A DNA stretch of 57,239 nt, the filler included, from Jimgerdemannia flammicorona (taxonomy: Eukaryota), in NCBI GenBank assembly GCA_003990765.1. It is 3 parts of 3 records of this genome, joined end to end, with 100 filler letters (N's around TTAATTAATTAA, not from the genome) between each part and the next. Parts side by side here need not be neighbours in the genome. Positions count along the whole stretch, not along the records: positions 19,120 to 38,133 come from RBNJ01002051.1; 2 more parts are not named here. The stretch is one strand, 5' to 3'. The translations under genes were made by a program, and so were the position numbers. Position 1 is the first letter of the stretch. Each line of letters begins with the position of its first letter. This document shows positions 23,761-35,349 of the stretch, piece by piece. Below the pieces are notes generated by a model, which worked only from the letters and a program-made list of their open reading frames with translations, had not been told where the DNA came from and searched no databases.

Positions 23761-24119
23761 TCAATGTCCACAAAGGAGTTCTACCAGACATGGAGGAAGG
23801 AGATGAAGAGGACACAGAGGTCTTCATATACTCAGTGAATAAGAACAAGAACAAGACACCCAAGCTCACAGATGAGCAGTGGTATAACAAGATCATCAAT
23901 GGCTATGCCCCTCAAGAAAGATGCCCCCATGGTACTAGGATGTACTGCTCTGAACATCTGAATGATGCTGGTCCTATATCAGTGAAGTCAGAAAAATCCA
24001 TTAACAGAAACATAAGCAAGAAGCTGCCGAAGCAAAAAGGAAAGCCAAAGAAGATGACCAGCCCCCAGAGCTTCAGGCTGACAGTGATGATGAGGAGGAA
24101 CAAGAATCATATATTAATA

Positions 24120-24540
24120 TTACCCTCAAGGTCAAGAAGTTTCACCCTGAAGCCAAGATCCCAGAATACAAGACTGAAAGAGTCATAGGAATTGACCTTG
24201 CCAGCATTCAAGATACTACCCTCAAACTACAGACCACCACTCTACTTGGCACTGGAATTGGAGTCAAGCTGCCAGAGAACTATATCAGAATTATCAAGAC
24301 CAGGAGCAGTCTGGCCAAAAGCGAAATCTCAGTTGAAGGAGGAGTAATTGACCCTGATTACACTGGCAAGATCTTTCTTATAGTCAGAAATCACAACCAT
24401 ACCACCCCCTTTGAAGTCAAGAAGTATGACAGGATTGGCCAGATGCTGCTCTATGAAATCAAGAAGCCCAAGATCATAGAAGCTATTGAACTCATCAAGA
24501 CCAAGAGAGGAGAACAAGGCTTTGGATCTACTGGAAGAGG
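24120..24540 (+). pseudogene. dut: Trimeric dUTPase domain of the host element, between PR and RT
   Basis: All five motifs: GIDL, TRSSLA, GGVIDPDYTG, DRIGQM, RGEQGFGSTG. Confidence 0.9.
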
Positions 24541-24709
24541 AGCCTATACTATTATCAAGATTACCGAACTTGAGCATAAGAAAGACAAGGACCAGAATAA
24601 GCACACATATACCATTGGAGAAAACTTTGCCCTGGAGAAATAACTTCTCAAGATCCTGCACCAGAACAAAAGTGTACTTGATATAGACTTTATGGATATC
24701 TACAATCAA

Positions 24710-26772
24710 TATAAGAGGATTGCTTTTTAGAGTAACCGTTATATAGTTCTGGAAGGGTTTTCTGGGAGTTCTGGATATTCTGGAAGACCATTTTCTTATG
24801 GTCAAGATCAATTTCGTATGGAGTATGTCCTCTATGCTTATTGATTTCAAGATCGGATTGACGTCTCAATCCAAAGTCCTTTTTTGGACTAGTTCTGGAT
24901 GTTCAGGATTTTCCGTATTTCAGGAAGTTCAAGAAACTAAGGCCAGTTTAGTTGAATTGGCGTATCGCTGTAGACAATACCCAATTAGGAAATTTCGTGA
25001 GGGAGTTAGGAGTAGGACCTAACAGGGAGCGGATTTACTTAAGAGTGGTTTGTGGGTTATTGAATAGGTTTATTTGCTATTCATGATATTACTATACTAG
25101 GAGTAGTTGTGTGAAGGGATATTGTGGAGAAGTATTCAGGAATGTTCTTGTGTATTTGAGTCTGAGATTCTGAGGTCTGGGGGAGTGGGTATTTATACTA
25201 GTGAGGGGCTATTTGGACTATGCTGAATATGGATGTAGCACTAAGTGCTTTGCTGAGTCGGAATGCAGTCACATAGTACAAGTGTGATCTGACATATCAA
25301 GAGATCATCTGATTGCTGAGTCAGTTCACAGTTATGTCATACAAGGCTAATCTAACTATACTATGACTGCTAGGCTATTTATGGGTTTAGGTGCTGTCTG
25401 GGTAGTCCTCGATGACATCACCATCGATTGTATCATCTCTGATGAAGTAGTCATCTAGAAAGAGTGGTTCACGGATTACTTCTCCTTGTTTGCTGAGGTA
25501 ATAATACATTGGAACTTTATCTCCATCCCACAGGATAGCATCGTCTGTCTCGTAGGCTGGATAAGGTATTGGTGGATGAAGGATGGGTGTATCATCTTCA
25601 CTTTCATTGGATTCACTGTCTGCGTACCTTTTATAGGTTACAGCACTATGAGTTGCAGGATTGTAGTAAGCTGGTAGCTGTGGTTCATGTCATTTGTACT
25701 TAGGTAGTGGAGTGGTTGGTTCAATCTCGAGGGTTGTCTGGAGGTACAGGTTGTGTTCTCTGGTCTCTTCATTGTAGTTGAAGTAATCAGGGGTGAACGT
25801 GGATTGGTATTCATACCAGTGGTCATTGTCCCAATAAGTCTCATATGTAGTTATGAACTGTTGTAAGTTCATTGGCAAGATTGGTGGAGTGATCAGGGTT
25901 GGCAGAGATCCTTGGCTAGAGGTCATATTGGCATCAGAGGGATCATTGTCTTCTGCTTCGTCTTCATCAAAGTGGATTATATCGTAGATGTCCTTCATAG
26001 TGTATCCAACTTGGGACATTTGCAGGATATGATCATTGGGGTGTGAGAAGGTTCTGTCTGTGGTTTCGATATACTCAAGATACTTGTGGTTGAGTTTTTG
26101 TATCATGTCATCGATTTGGCTGTAAGACAAGGTAGCAACCATTTCAGCTGTGGTAACTTGGAGGTGGGGAATAAAGGTGCTATACTCATAGAAGAGTTCT
26201 CAATGTTTGTGGGCAATGAGCTTCTGGTGTTGAGACATCTGGGTAATGTCTATATTGTGGTAGTGTTCGACCATATCTTCCAGGAGGTGGCTGATCTGAT
26301 AGTAGCTTGAGATTTGTCTGATTCGGTGGGCCTTGCTAAGTATGTTCAGGGCGTTCTATCGGGCTTCCACAAGTAGAGGGGTGCTAGGCTATAGATATTC
26401 ATGAGGGGCAGAGGGGGTGTGGCTCAGTTGACAATGGCGTTCCAAATGTCAGCACAAATATGGGTATAGATCTCGGTGGTCATGTTTGTGTGTTTGGAAG
26501 TTTGTGGTTATTGTTTATTTTGGTTCTCTGTTTTGACATATCTTGGTGCTCAGTATATATGCATTTGGTCCTGATTGGCAAGATTCCGTTTGTATAAATC
26601 TTGTGTTCTGTGACTTTGTATTGACTCAGCTTTGTGCACTGTGACTTTGGTTTGACTCAGCTTCATGATCAAGCAGGTGATTTCCAGATTTGTTCAGAGG
26701 TCGTGTGTGATTTCAGTGGCTTGTTCGGAGGGTGACATGTAATTTCAGTGGCTTGGAGGTTGTGTACTTACA
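24710..26772 (-). repeat. 3' LTR of the nested element
   Basis: Near-identical to 33282-35344; preceded on the minus strand by PPT AAGAAGGGGAGAGT (26773-26786); terminal CA mutated to TA. Confidence 0.95.
25387..26483 (-). pseudogene. Approximately 365-codon ORF inside the LTR (U3), sense to the element
   Basis: MTTEIYTHI...SYYQIxHLLEDM...HQKLIAHKHRELFYEYSTFIPHLQVTTAEMVATLSYSQIDDMIQ...FLDDYFIRDDTIDGDVIEDYPDST*; stops and indels differ between the two LTRs, so the consensus appears open. Confidence 0.75.
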
Positions 26773-27209
26773 ACTCTCCCCTTCTTAGCTTTCGATGTCC
26801 TCATCGGGGCCTTCTAATTTTGTTCAGTATTGTTACACCATTTGGGAGGTCAAAAGTCTGGTAAGGTCCATTTTCTCAGAAAGTGGCATGCTCGTAGTAT
26901 AGTTGCCTAACATGTTGGATTCATATGTTAAAGGGTCATGTATTCGATGCTGTGTACCAGAAGTGATTCTGACATCATTCACTGCTGGAGAATTTCCTCT
27001 AAGGAATCTTCTTAAATGTCTATGCCTTGTTTCCCACCAGTGGTACAGGGAGAATAGGCTTGCTTTCAGTTTTGCTATTTTTCCAGGGGTTTGGTATTTT
27101 TGTCTTGTTTTGCTGAGTTCTTGGTTGCAATAATTATAATGTTCAGAAGGATAATATATGGGTAGGTGTGGAGTTTTTTTTTGGTTCTAATTGTTCAAGG
27201 AATTATATT

Positions 27210-28500
27210 CCTGAACTAGATTGGTAGCATTCTGGAGATTGGTCTTGGGCTCCCAGGTTGCATCATGGATCAGATAACCTTTCCATTTGACAAGGTACTC
27301 AGGGTGGTTCTTGTTGCCACCTTTGTTGAGGATTTGTTCAACTTCATACTCTTCTTGGTCATTAATAATGACAGGTGCAGGTGGTTTGGTGGTTCGGTTT
27401 GGGAATAGCTCATCATCGTTCTCATTGTATCACTTGAGACATTGAATATTAAAAACTGGGTGAATCTTAATGGTGTCTGGTAGTACCAATTTGTAAGAGG
27501 TTGGAGAAACTTGTGCAATGACTTCAAATGGTCCAATGAACTTGCTGTTCAGCTTTGTCGATAGTCTATCCTTGAGGTTGTCAACTCGGTATCCTCTGAT
27601 GTCTAGTAGAACCTTTTCTTCAATATCAAAGGTTTCTTCTCGGCAGTGTTGGTTAACATACTGTGACTGTTGTTCTTACACTTGTGATAAATTCTCAATG
27701 GCAATCTGGCTTAGATTACACATTCGGAGTAAGAATTCTTCAACAGCTTCGACTGTAGAGAGTTCATTGGTAGTTCAGATAAGTGTCAAAGGGGTGTTTG
27801 GGTTTTGTCCAGTGTTGGCGAAGAATGGGGTCATTCCAAGAGAGGCTTGCTTGCTATTGTTATAGGCAAACTCAACTGCAGTGAGGTATTCATGCCAGTC
27901 ATCTTGTCTGTAGAAAACATAGTTCCTTAGTATTTGTTCCAGAGTTTGGTTCATTCTTTCAGTTTGGCCATCAGTTTCTGGGTGAAAGGCTGTGGATAGT
28001 GCAAGTTTTGTTCCAAGGTGTTCATAGAGGGCTTTCCAAAAGTGGCTGGTGAATTTTGGATCTCGGTCACTAACAATGATCTTTGGAAGACCATGGTAGC
28101 AGAAGATGTTATCAAACAAGAGTGTGGCTATGTCTGGTGCTGTTGCAGTAGTGGTAGTAGGCATAAAGTGGGCTTGTTTGCTGAGATAGTCTACAAAGAC
28201 AACAATTGCATCTTTCCCATTCTTGGTTTGAGGTAGCTATACAATGAAGTCTATAGAGATTTGTTCTCAATTCACAGATGGTACTGGGATAGGGTGCAGT
28301 AAGCCGGGTTTTGCTAGTGTTGAGGACTTGTTTTGTTGGCAGGCATCACAGGAAGTGATGTAGGTCTTGAGCTAATCTGCCATATGGGGCCAATAGAAGT
28401 TTCGGGAGATAACTTTATAGCATTTATCAAATCCTAAATGTCTAGCTGTAGGGGCATCATGATATTCGAATAGGATAGTCCTTCAGAGGTCTCGGTTGTT
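27210..28500 (-). pseudogene. Integrase plus C-terminal chromodomain of the nested element
   Basis: YHDAPTARHLGFDKC...YWPHM...CDACQQNK (HHCC), ISIDFI, IVSDRDPKFTS, HPETDGQTERMNQ, FIGPFEV, EEYEVEQIL...EYLVKWKGY..HDATWEP. Confidence 0.92.
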
Positions 28501-28649
28501 TGGAACATACAGTCTGTCTTTGTAGTAGATAGCATTGTCCTTCAGTTGGTATTGATTGTACCGGGTATGCTTGTCAGTGTCATCATCATTTAGGATTTCT
28601 TGGAGTACTTGAGCTTCCATATCATTAGCACATGCTGTGATAATTTGTT

Positions 28650-30030
28650 CCATGATGGAGTTTGTAACCAAGGTGAGAGTTTGGATAACTTCTTCGATTA
28701 GTGATCTGGAGATTGTATCAGCAACAATGTTTTCCTTGCTAGAGCAGTACTGGATTTTGTAGTCAAAGTTGGTGAGGACTTTCATCCATCTGGCTTGCTT
28801 TTGAGAAAGGGTAGCCTGGGTCTTGATATTGACTAATGACTTGTAGTCAGTCAATACAGTGAAGTGTACTCCTTCTAGATATGGTCGCCACTTGATCAGA
28901 GTGTCTACAATGACTAGCATTTCCTTCTCATGAGTTGCATAGTTAATTTCAGCATCATTGAACTTACAGGAGTGATAGGCCACAGGGTGTCCTTCTTGCA
29001 TGAGCACTGCTCTAAGAGCTAGATCAGAGGCATCAGTAGTAACTTCATATAATAGGGCTGGATTTGCCACTTGAAGTACTGGAGTGGTTATCAGGGTATC
29101 TTTCAGTACTTGAAAGGCGGTATCTTGTTTGGGTCCCCAAGTTACAAGATTGTTGAAGTCTTTTTCTTGTTTCATGGTCTAGGGTTGTTCTTGTTTCTTG
29201 CTGTGCTTGGTCATTTGGGTGAGGGCAGTAGCAATTTTAGCAAAATTGGCAACAAATCACCTGTAATAGTTTGCTAATCCCAGGAATGACTGGAGGTCTT
29301 TCAGCTTCTTGGGTCTGGGCCAATCCTTGATTGCAGAGATTTTGCTGGAGTCCACTTTGATTCTGTTTAGAGTGACAATATATCTAAGGAATTGAATTTC
29401 TTTCAGGAGAAATTCACACTTGCTGAGTTTTGCAAAGAGTCAGTTTTCTCAGAGTTTTAGTAGTACTAGTTCAAGGTGTTCAAGGTGTTCCTCCAGGGTT
29501 TTACTGAAGACTAGGATGTCATCAATATAGACAACAATGAATTTGTCCAGGTATGGATGCAGAATGGTATTCATCAGTATCTGGAAGGTTGCTAGAGCAT
29601 TAGTTAAGCCAAAGGGCATAACCAGGAACTTGAAGTATCTATAGCAGGTTCGGAAGGCTGTCTTGTAGATGTCTTCTTCTTTCATAGCAATTTGCCAGTA
29701 ACCATTCCATAGGTCAAAGGAGCTCATGAATTGTGGGTTGGTGAGCCTATCAAATATTTCATCAATTCTAAGTAGTGGGCAACAGTTCTTGATAGTCTGT
29801 TCATTGAGATTGCAGTAGTCAATACACATTTGCAGGTCTCCTCCTTTCTTGATAATGAAGAGGACTGGTGCACCATAGAGTGATACACTGGGTCTGATGA
29901 ATCCTTGTTCTAGGAGTTCGTCAATTTCCTTCTTGAGTGTATCAATTTCTCTCAGAGACATATGGTAGATTGACTTGAAGGCTGGTTTGGCATCTGGGAT
30001 AGTTTTGATAGCATGGTCTACTGCTCATTT
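28650..30030 (-). pseudogene. Reverse transcriptase and RNase H of the nested element
   Basis: GFIRPSVS.YGAPVLF, MCIDY, KTAFRT, MPFGLTNA, VVYIDDILVFS; TTDASD, NYATHEKEML, NIVADTISR. Confidence 0.93.
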
Positions 30031-30289
30031 GGGAGGTAGGCCCTTTAGGAGCTTCTTTGGGAATATGTCCCGGAATTTCTGGAGTAGTGGTCTGACATGG
30101 CTGTCAACTTTGGAAAAATCCTCTTCAGAGTTCTCAGGTTCTCCTTTGGATAGGTGGATGGAGATAGCAAAGAGAGGGTATTTTTTGGCCAATTTCTTGA
30201 GTTGTAACTTGTTGATGTGAGTGATCTTTGGTCCAGGGTCACTAGAGTTGAGTAGGTCCTTTTTGCCTTGTAGTTTGAAGTTGTGGCGT

Positions 30290-30630
30290 CCTTTCTTGAT
30301 GGTCAGAGAATGGTTTACCCAATCGATCATGGGGTTCTCTTGTTTTAACCATGGGGTTCCAAGGATGATTTCGTTGTCAGGGAGTGGTATGATCTGGAGG
30401 GTAACATGTACTTGGTAGTCACCAATTCGGAAAGGTAGATTGTGGACTTCTTTGCTAATAACATGTGAGGTTCCATCAGCTATAGCAACTGCTTCAGTTT
30501 GCTGTACTGGGGAGGTGAAGACCTTAAGTCTGTTGGCTGTTTCTTCATTGATGAAGTTTCCTGAGGCACCACTGTCTATCATAATCTTGACAGGTGCTCT
30601 GTTGACAAAAGCCTTAAGGGTGAGCAGTTT
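30290..30630 (-). pseudogene. Aspartic protease of the nested element
   Basis: IMIDSGASGNFI...EIILGTPWL. Confidence 0.92.
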
Positions 30631-30849
30631 GTCTGATCCAATGGTGGTGATTTCGGTTGTTTGAGCTTTCCTTCTGTTGGTTCTTCTTTGAGCCAGTTCA
30701 TTGACACAAGAGAAGCAATTGTCAATCATTCAGGAAGAGTACATTCCAATGCCATGAGGGCATTGGCCACTTGGTACATATCTATCTTCAATCTTCTTGT
30801 AGAATTGTTCTTCTTTGCTCATGGTAGGTTGGGCTGGGGCCTTGTTTGA

Positions 30850-31260
30850 TGAGCCAAATCCTTTGGATCCTTGGATAGTGGGCAGTAATTCAGGGACTTC
30901 CTTGACTGTCAGGGTTGACTTGATTTTTTTGAATAGGATCTGGGTGATGCAGAAACCAATAGGGATCTTGAAGGGTGTCTAACTGTGGTTTCAGATGAGG
31001 ACAATAATTTTGCCTGTATAATCTTCATCAATGACTCCTCCTTCTACTGAGAGTCCTTTTAGTGCTAGGCTGCTGCAACAGCATATTCTTCCAATATGTC
31101 CTTCAGGGATTTGGATACTGATTCCTGTGTAGACTTGTTTGACTTCTCAGTTGGAAACTATAGCTTCTTCAGCTGCATATAGGTCATATCCAGCTGCTTT
31201 CAGACTTCCTTTGGTTGGGGCCTTAGCAGTTTGTCTTAACTTGACAAAGTCCAGTGTTCT
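30850..31260 (-). pseudogene. dut: dUTPase domain of the nested element, between gag and PR
   Basis: FVKL...PTKGS..AAGYDLYAAE, VYTGISIQIPEGHIGRI..CSSLA, GGVIDEDYTG, ITQI, QGSKGFGSS. Confidence 0.9.
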
Positions 31261-31299
31261 GGTAGTCAGGTTATTGAGGTGGTGCAGAGTGGTAATAGT

Positions 31300-33260
31300 T
31301 GCTCTTGTTGCTGTTTGGAGTTTTCGGTTAGGGCAGGCACTGGCCATGTGTCCTGTCTTTCAGCAATAGAAGTATGCTCCACTTCTTCGAAGTTTATTCC
31401 TTTCGCCTTCAGTAAGTTTCTTGAAGGTACTTGGCTGGGTAGGTTCATGATTTCTTGGTGTCCAAGAGGTGGATGTGGAGGGAGCTCAGGATGCTTCCTG
31501 CTTGAGTTCTTCTTTCTTGGTCCAAGTCCTTTCCTTGTTGTTGAATTATCTTTGGGGCAGAATTGGTCCAACTGTTAGGATTCATTTGACCATAGTCTTG
31601 ATTCTCACCAGGTACCATTGTTGGTGGTCACAATCAACTGGGCGGCCTTGTTCTCAGATTTTTCTAGTAAGCCATTCAGGCAGTGCATTGAATAAATGGT
31701 CTGCTCTTGTACCATTTCGTGCTTCATCATTGGCAATGTATCCTAGGCCAACAGTGTTCAGAAGTGACTCGAGTTTTATACAGAAGGTTTTGAATTCTTC
31801 TTTACCATATACATCAAATTTGAAGTTGCGGAGTTTTACTCAAGATTCAGCAATCATGGTTTCGCTGCAGTATTGGGCAATCATGAGTTATTTGAGTCCA
31901 GGGGCTGCAGGATGGGCTCCATATCCTGGGGCATTGTTTGCTGCATTCTGAGCAACTACTGCAGATCGGGTATCCCATGTGAGGGGTTTTTCAGAAAGGA
32001 TTTGCCACCATTCTTCAGCAGGTCCTCAGAAGAATGTAACAACTTGGTAGACATAGACTGTAGTGGTAGCAAAGAGTTGTTCCAGAGTGTGGTCTTGATT
32101 GTTTGTCAGAATGTGTTCAGCAACTTGCTCATTGGTCCATTGATTGGCTTCGAAGTTGGTATCAACTATACTAATGAAGCTTTGGACTTCTTGTGCAGTA
32201 CCATTGAAGGTAAGTAGACTCAGATTTTTTGTAGGTTGGGTCTGTTCAGCTAAGGCAGTAATGGTTGCTGCTATTATAGCTACTTGGGCTGTGAGATCAA
32301 GAATCTGTTGATTTGCCATGTTGTTTACTGGAGGTGCTTGGACTGCTGGTAGTGGTATTACTGGTACTACTTGAGGTACTGGTGCAGAGTGTGATGGAGT
32401 TCTTTGGGTCTGTGTAAGTTACTGGAGTAGTATTTGTGGGTCTGGAGTAAGGGCTTAATAGATAACTATTTGTTGCTGTGTAGGTATATTCTGTCCTGAT
32501 GGAGGTGTGTCTCCTTCAGTAGTGTATCCAGGATTGAATTCAGTGAGATACTCCTCCTCTTCTTCAGTTTGGTCCCCATGTAATTGGGTTTGCTCGGTGT
32601 CAAAGTAGATGGAATCAGTTGTATATCTGATTTCAGATGGACTTAATTCAAAGTCAAGTTCAGGTTCAGTATTGGTTTCAGATTCAGGTAGGGCTGTAGC
32701 AGGGCCTGCTTCAGATTCAGGATCAGGTAGTTGATGAAGGGTTTCTCTTGCTTCTTCTTTAAGAATATGGCAGGCCTTGCTATTCTGGAATCAGTAGTAT
32801 AATGCGGTCTTGGTCCTGGTACGGTGAAAGTCGGTAGAGTTGAGCCACTTGGCTATAGAGGCTTGGGCTTCATGAGGAACTCAGGCTAGAAAGACTACTG
32901 CTGGTTGTCCTAGGTTGCTCGGGTTTGTAGAGCTGACAAAACTCTTGTTGAGAAGAGTAAAGAAGACTTCAATAAGACCTTCTTCATCTTGACTTGCTGG
33001 GTGTAGTGCAAGGAGTTCGGTGAATAGGATTTCACCTATTTGCTGATTTAACCAGAGTACTTCTTTCTTTAAATGAAGTTTATCCCACTTGTTGCAGGTG
33101 TGGAGGTCAAATTGTCCTTGTACATCAGGTTCAATTCTCTCCAGATTGTCGGATGGTTCAGGATAAATTCCAGTTCAGAGGTTGGGCTTTATACCAACTT
33201 GTAGGAATTCTCAGAAGGGTTTGTAGTGGAGTGAGGAAGCATCTTGAAGCAGAATTGGAT
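31300..33260 (-). pseudogene. gag of the nested element with a long N-terminal extension
   Basis: LLTFNGT..EVQSFI, FF*GPAEEWW, (C)FYC*KTGHMASAC knuckle; the frame extends about 315 codons upstream of Met 32319 to the PBS, with scattered stops. Confidence 0.8.
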
Positions 33261-33262
33261 TG

Positions 33263-33278
33263 TAAACTGCTGCTACTA
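33263..33278 (-). promoter_or_regulatory. PBS of the nested element (initiator-Met-like, TGG mutated to TAG)
   Basis: TAGTAGCAGCAGTTTA 3 nt after the LTR end; TGGTAGC is the usual iMet PBS start. Confidence 0.65.
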
Positions 33279-33281
33279 AGT

Positions 33282-35344
33282 TGTAAGAGAGTTGCTTTTT
33301 AGGGTAACCATTACGTAGTTCTGGAAGAGTTTTCTGGGAGTTCTGGATATTCTGGAAGACCATTTTCTTATGGTCAAGATCAATTTTGTATGGAGTATGT
33401 CCTCTATGCTTATTGATTTCAAGATCAGATTGATGTCTCAATCCAATGTCCTTTTTTGGACTAGTTCTGAATGTTCAGGATTTTCCGTATTTCAGGAAGT
33501 TCAAGAAACTAAGGCCAGCTTAGTTGAATTAGTGTAGTGCTGCAGACAATACCCAATTAGGAAATTTCGTGAGGGAGTTAGGAGTAGGACCTAACAGGGA
33601 GCGGATTTACTTAAGAGTGGTTTGTGGGTTATTGAATAGGTTTATTTGCTATTCATGATATTGCTATACTAGGAGTAGTTGTATGAAGGGATATTGTGGA
33701 GAAGTATTCAAGAATGTTCTTGTGTGTTTGAGTCTAAGATTCTGAGGTCTGGGGGAGTGGGTATTTATACTAGTGAGGGGCTATTTGGACTATGCTGAAT
33801 ATGGATGTAGCACTAAGTGCTTTGCTGAGTCGGAATGCAGTCATGTAGTACAAGTGTGATCTGATATATCAAGAGATTATCTGATTGCTAAGTCAGTTCA
33901 CAGTTACATCGTACAAGGCTAATCTAACTATACTATGACTGCTAGGCTATTTATGGATTTAGGTGCTGTCTGGGTAGTCCTCAATGATATCACTATCGAT
34001 TGCATCATCTCTGATGAAGTAGTCGTCTAGGAAGAGTGGTTTGTGGATTACTTCTCCTTGTTCGCTAAGGTAATAATACATTGGAACTTCATCTCCATCT
34101 CACAGGATAGTATCGTCTGTCTCGTAGGCTGGATAAGGTGTTGGTGGATGAAGGATGGATGTATCATCTCCACTTTCATTGGATTCACTGTCTGCATACC
34201 TTCTATAGGTTACAGTGCTATGAGTTACAGGATTGTAGTAAGCTGGCAGCTGTGGTTCATATCATTCATACTCAGGTGGTGGAGTGGTTGGTTCAATCTC
34301 AAGAGTTGTCTGGAGGTACAGGTTGTGTTCTCTGGTCTCTTCATTGTAGTTGAAGTAATCAGGAGTGAATGCGGGTTGGTTTTCATGCTAGTGGTCATTG
34401 TCTCAATAAGTCTCATATGTAGTTATGAACTGTTGTAAGTTCATTGGCAAGGTTGGCAGAGTGATCAGGGTTGGCAGAGATCCTTGGCTAGAGGTCATAT
34501 CGGCATCAGAGGGATCATTGTCTTCTGCTTCATCTTCATCAAAGTGGATTATATCATAGATGTCCTTCATAGCATATCCGACTTGGGGCATTTGCAGGAT
34601 ATGATCATTGGGGTGTGGGAAGGTTCTGTCTGTGGTTTTGACATACTCAAGGTACTTGTGGTTGAGTTCTTGTATCATGTCATTGATTTGGCCATAAGAC
34701 AGGATAGCAACCATTTCAGCTGTGGTAACTCAGAGGTTGGGAATAAAGGTGCTATACTCATAGAAGAGTTCTCGATGTTTGCAGGTGATGAGCTTCTGGT
34801 GTTGAGACACTGGGTAATGTCTGTATCATAGTAGTGTTTGACCATATCTTCCAGGAGACAGCCGATCTGATAGTAGCTTGAGATTTGTCTGATTCGGTGG
34901 ACCTTGCTAAGCATGTTCAGGGCATTCCATCGGGCTTCCACAAAGTAGAGGGGTGCTAGGCTATGGATATTCATGAGGGGTAGAGGGGGTGTGGCTCGGT
35001 TGACAATGGTGTTCCAAATGTCAGTATGGATATGGGTATAGATCTTGGTGGTCATATTTGTCTGTTTGGAAGTTTGTGGTTATTGTTTGTTTTGGTTCTC
35101 TGTTTCGACATGTCTTGGTACTTGGTATATATGCATTTGGTCCTGATTGATAAGATTCTGTTTGTGTAAATCTTGTATTCTGTGACTTTGTATTGACTCA
35201 GCTTTGTGCACTGTGACTTCGGTTTGACTCAGCTTTGTGATCAAGCAGGTGATTTCCAGATTTGTTCAGAGGTCATGTGTGATTTCAGTGGCTTGTTTGG
35301 AGGGTGATATATAATTTCAGTGGCTTGGAGATTGTGCGCTTACA
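33282..35344 (-). repeat. 5' LTR of the nested element (contains a second copy of the LTR ORF, about 33959-35055)
   Basis: TGTAAG...CTTACA termini; matches 24710-26772 with mostly transition differences. Confidence 0.95.
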
Positions 35345-35349
35345 ATCAA

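Larger units (their letters stand above)
24710..35344 (-). mobile_element. Complete nested chromovirus-type Ty3/Gypsy element, 10,635 bp, 5-bp TSD ATCAA (24705-24709 and 35345-35349)
   Basis: Two 2,063-bp LTRs (TGTAAG...CTTACA), PBS, PPT, gag-CCHC-dUTPase-PR-RT-RH-IN-chromodomain; perfect TSD; the host frame is restored on excision. Confidence 0.96.
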
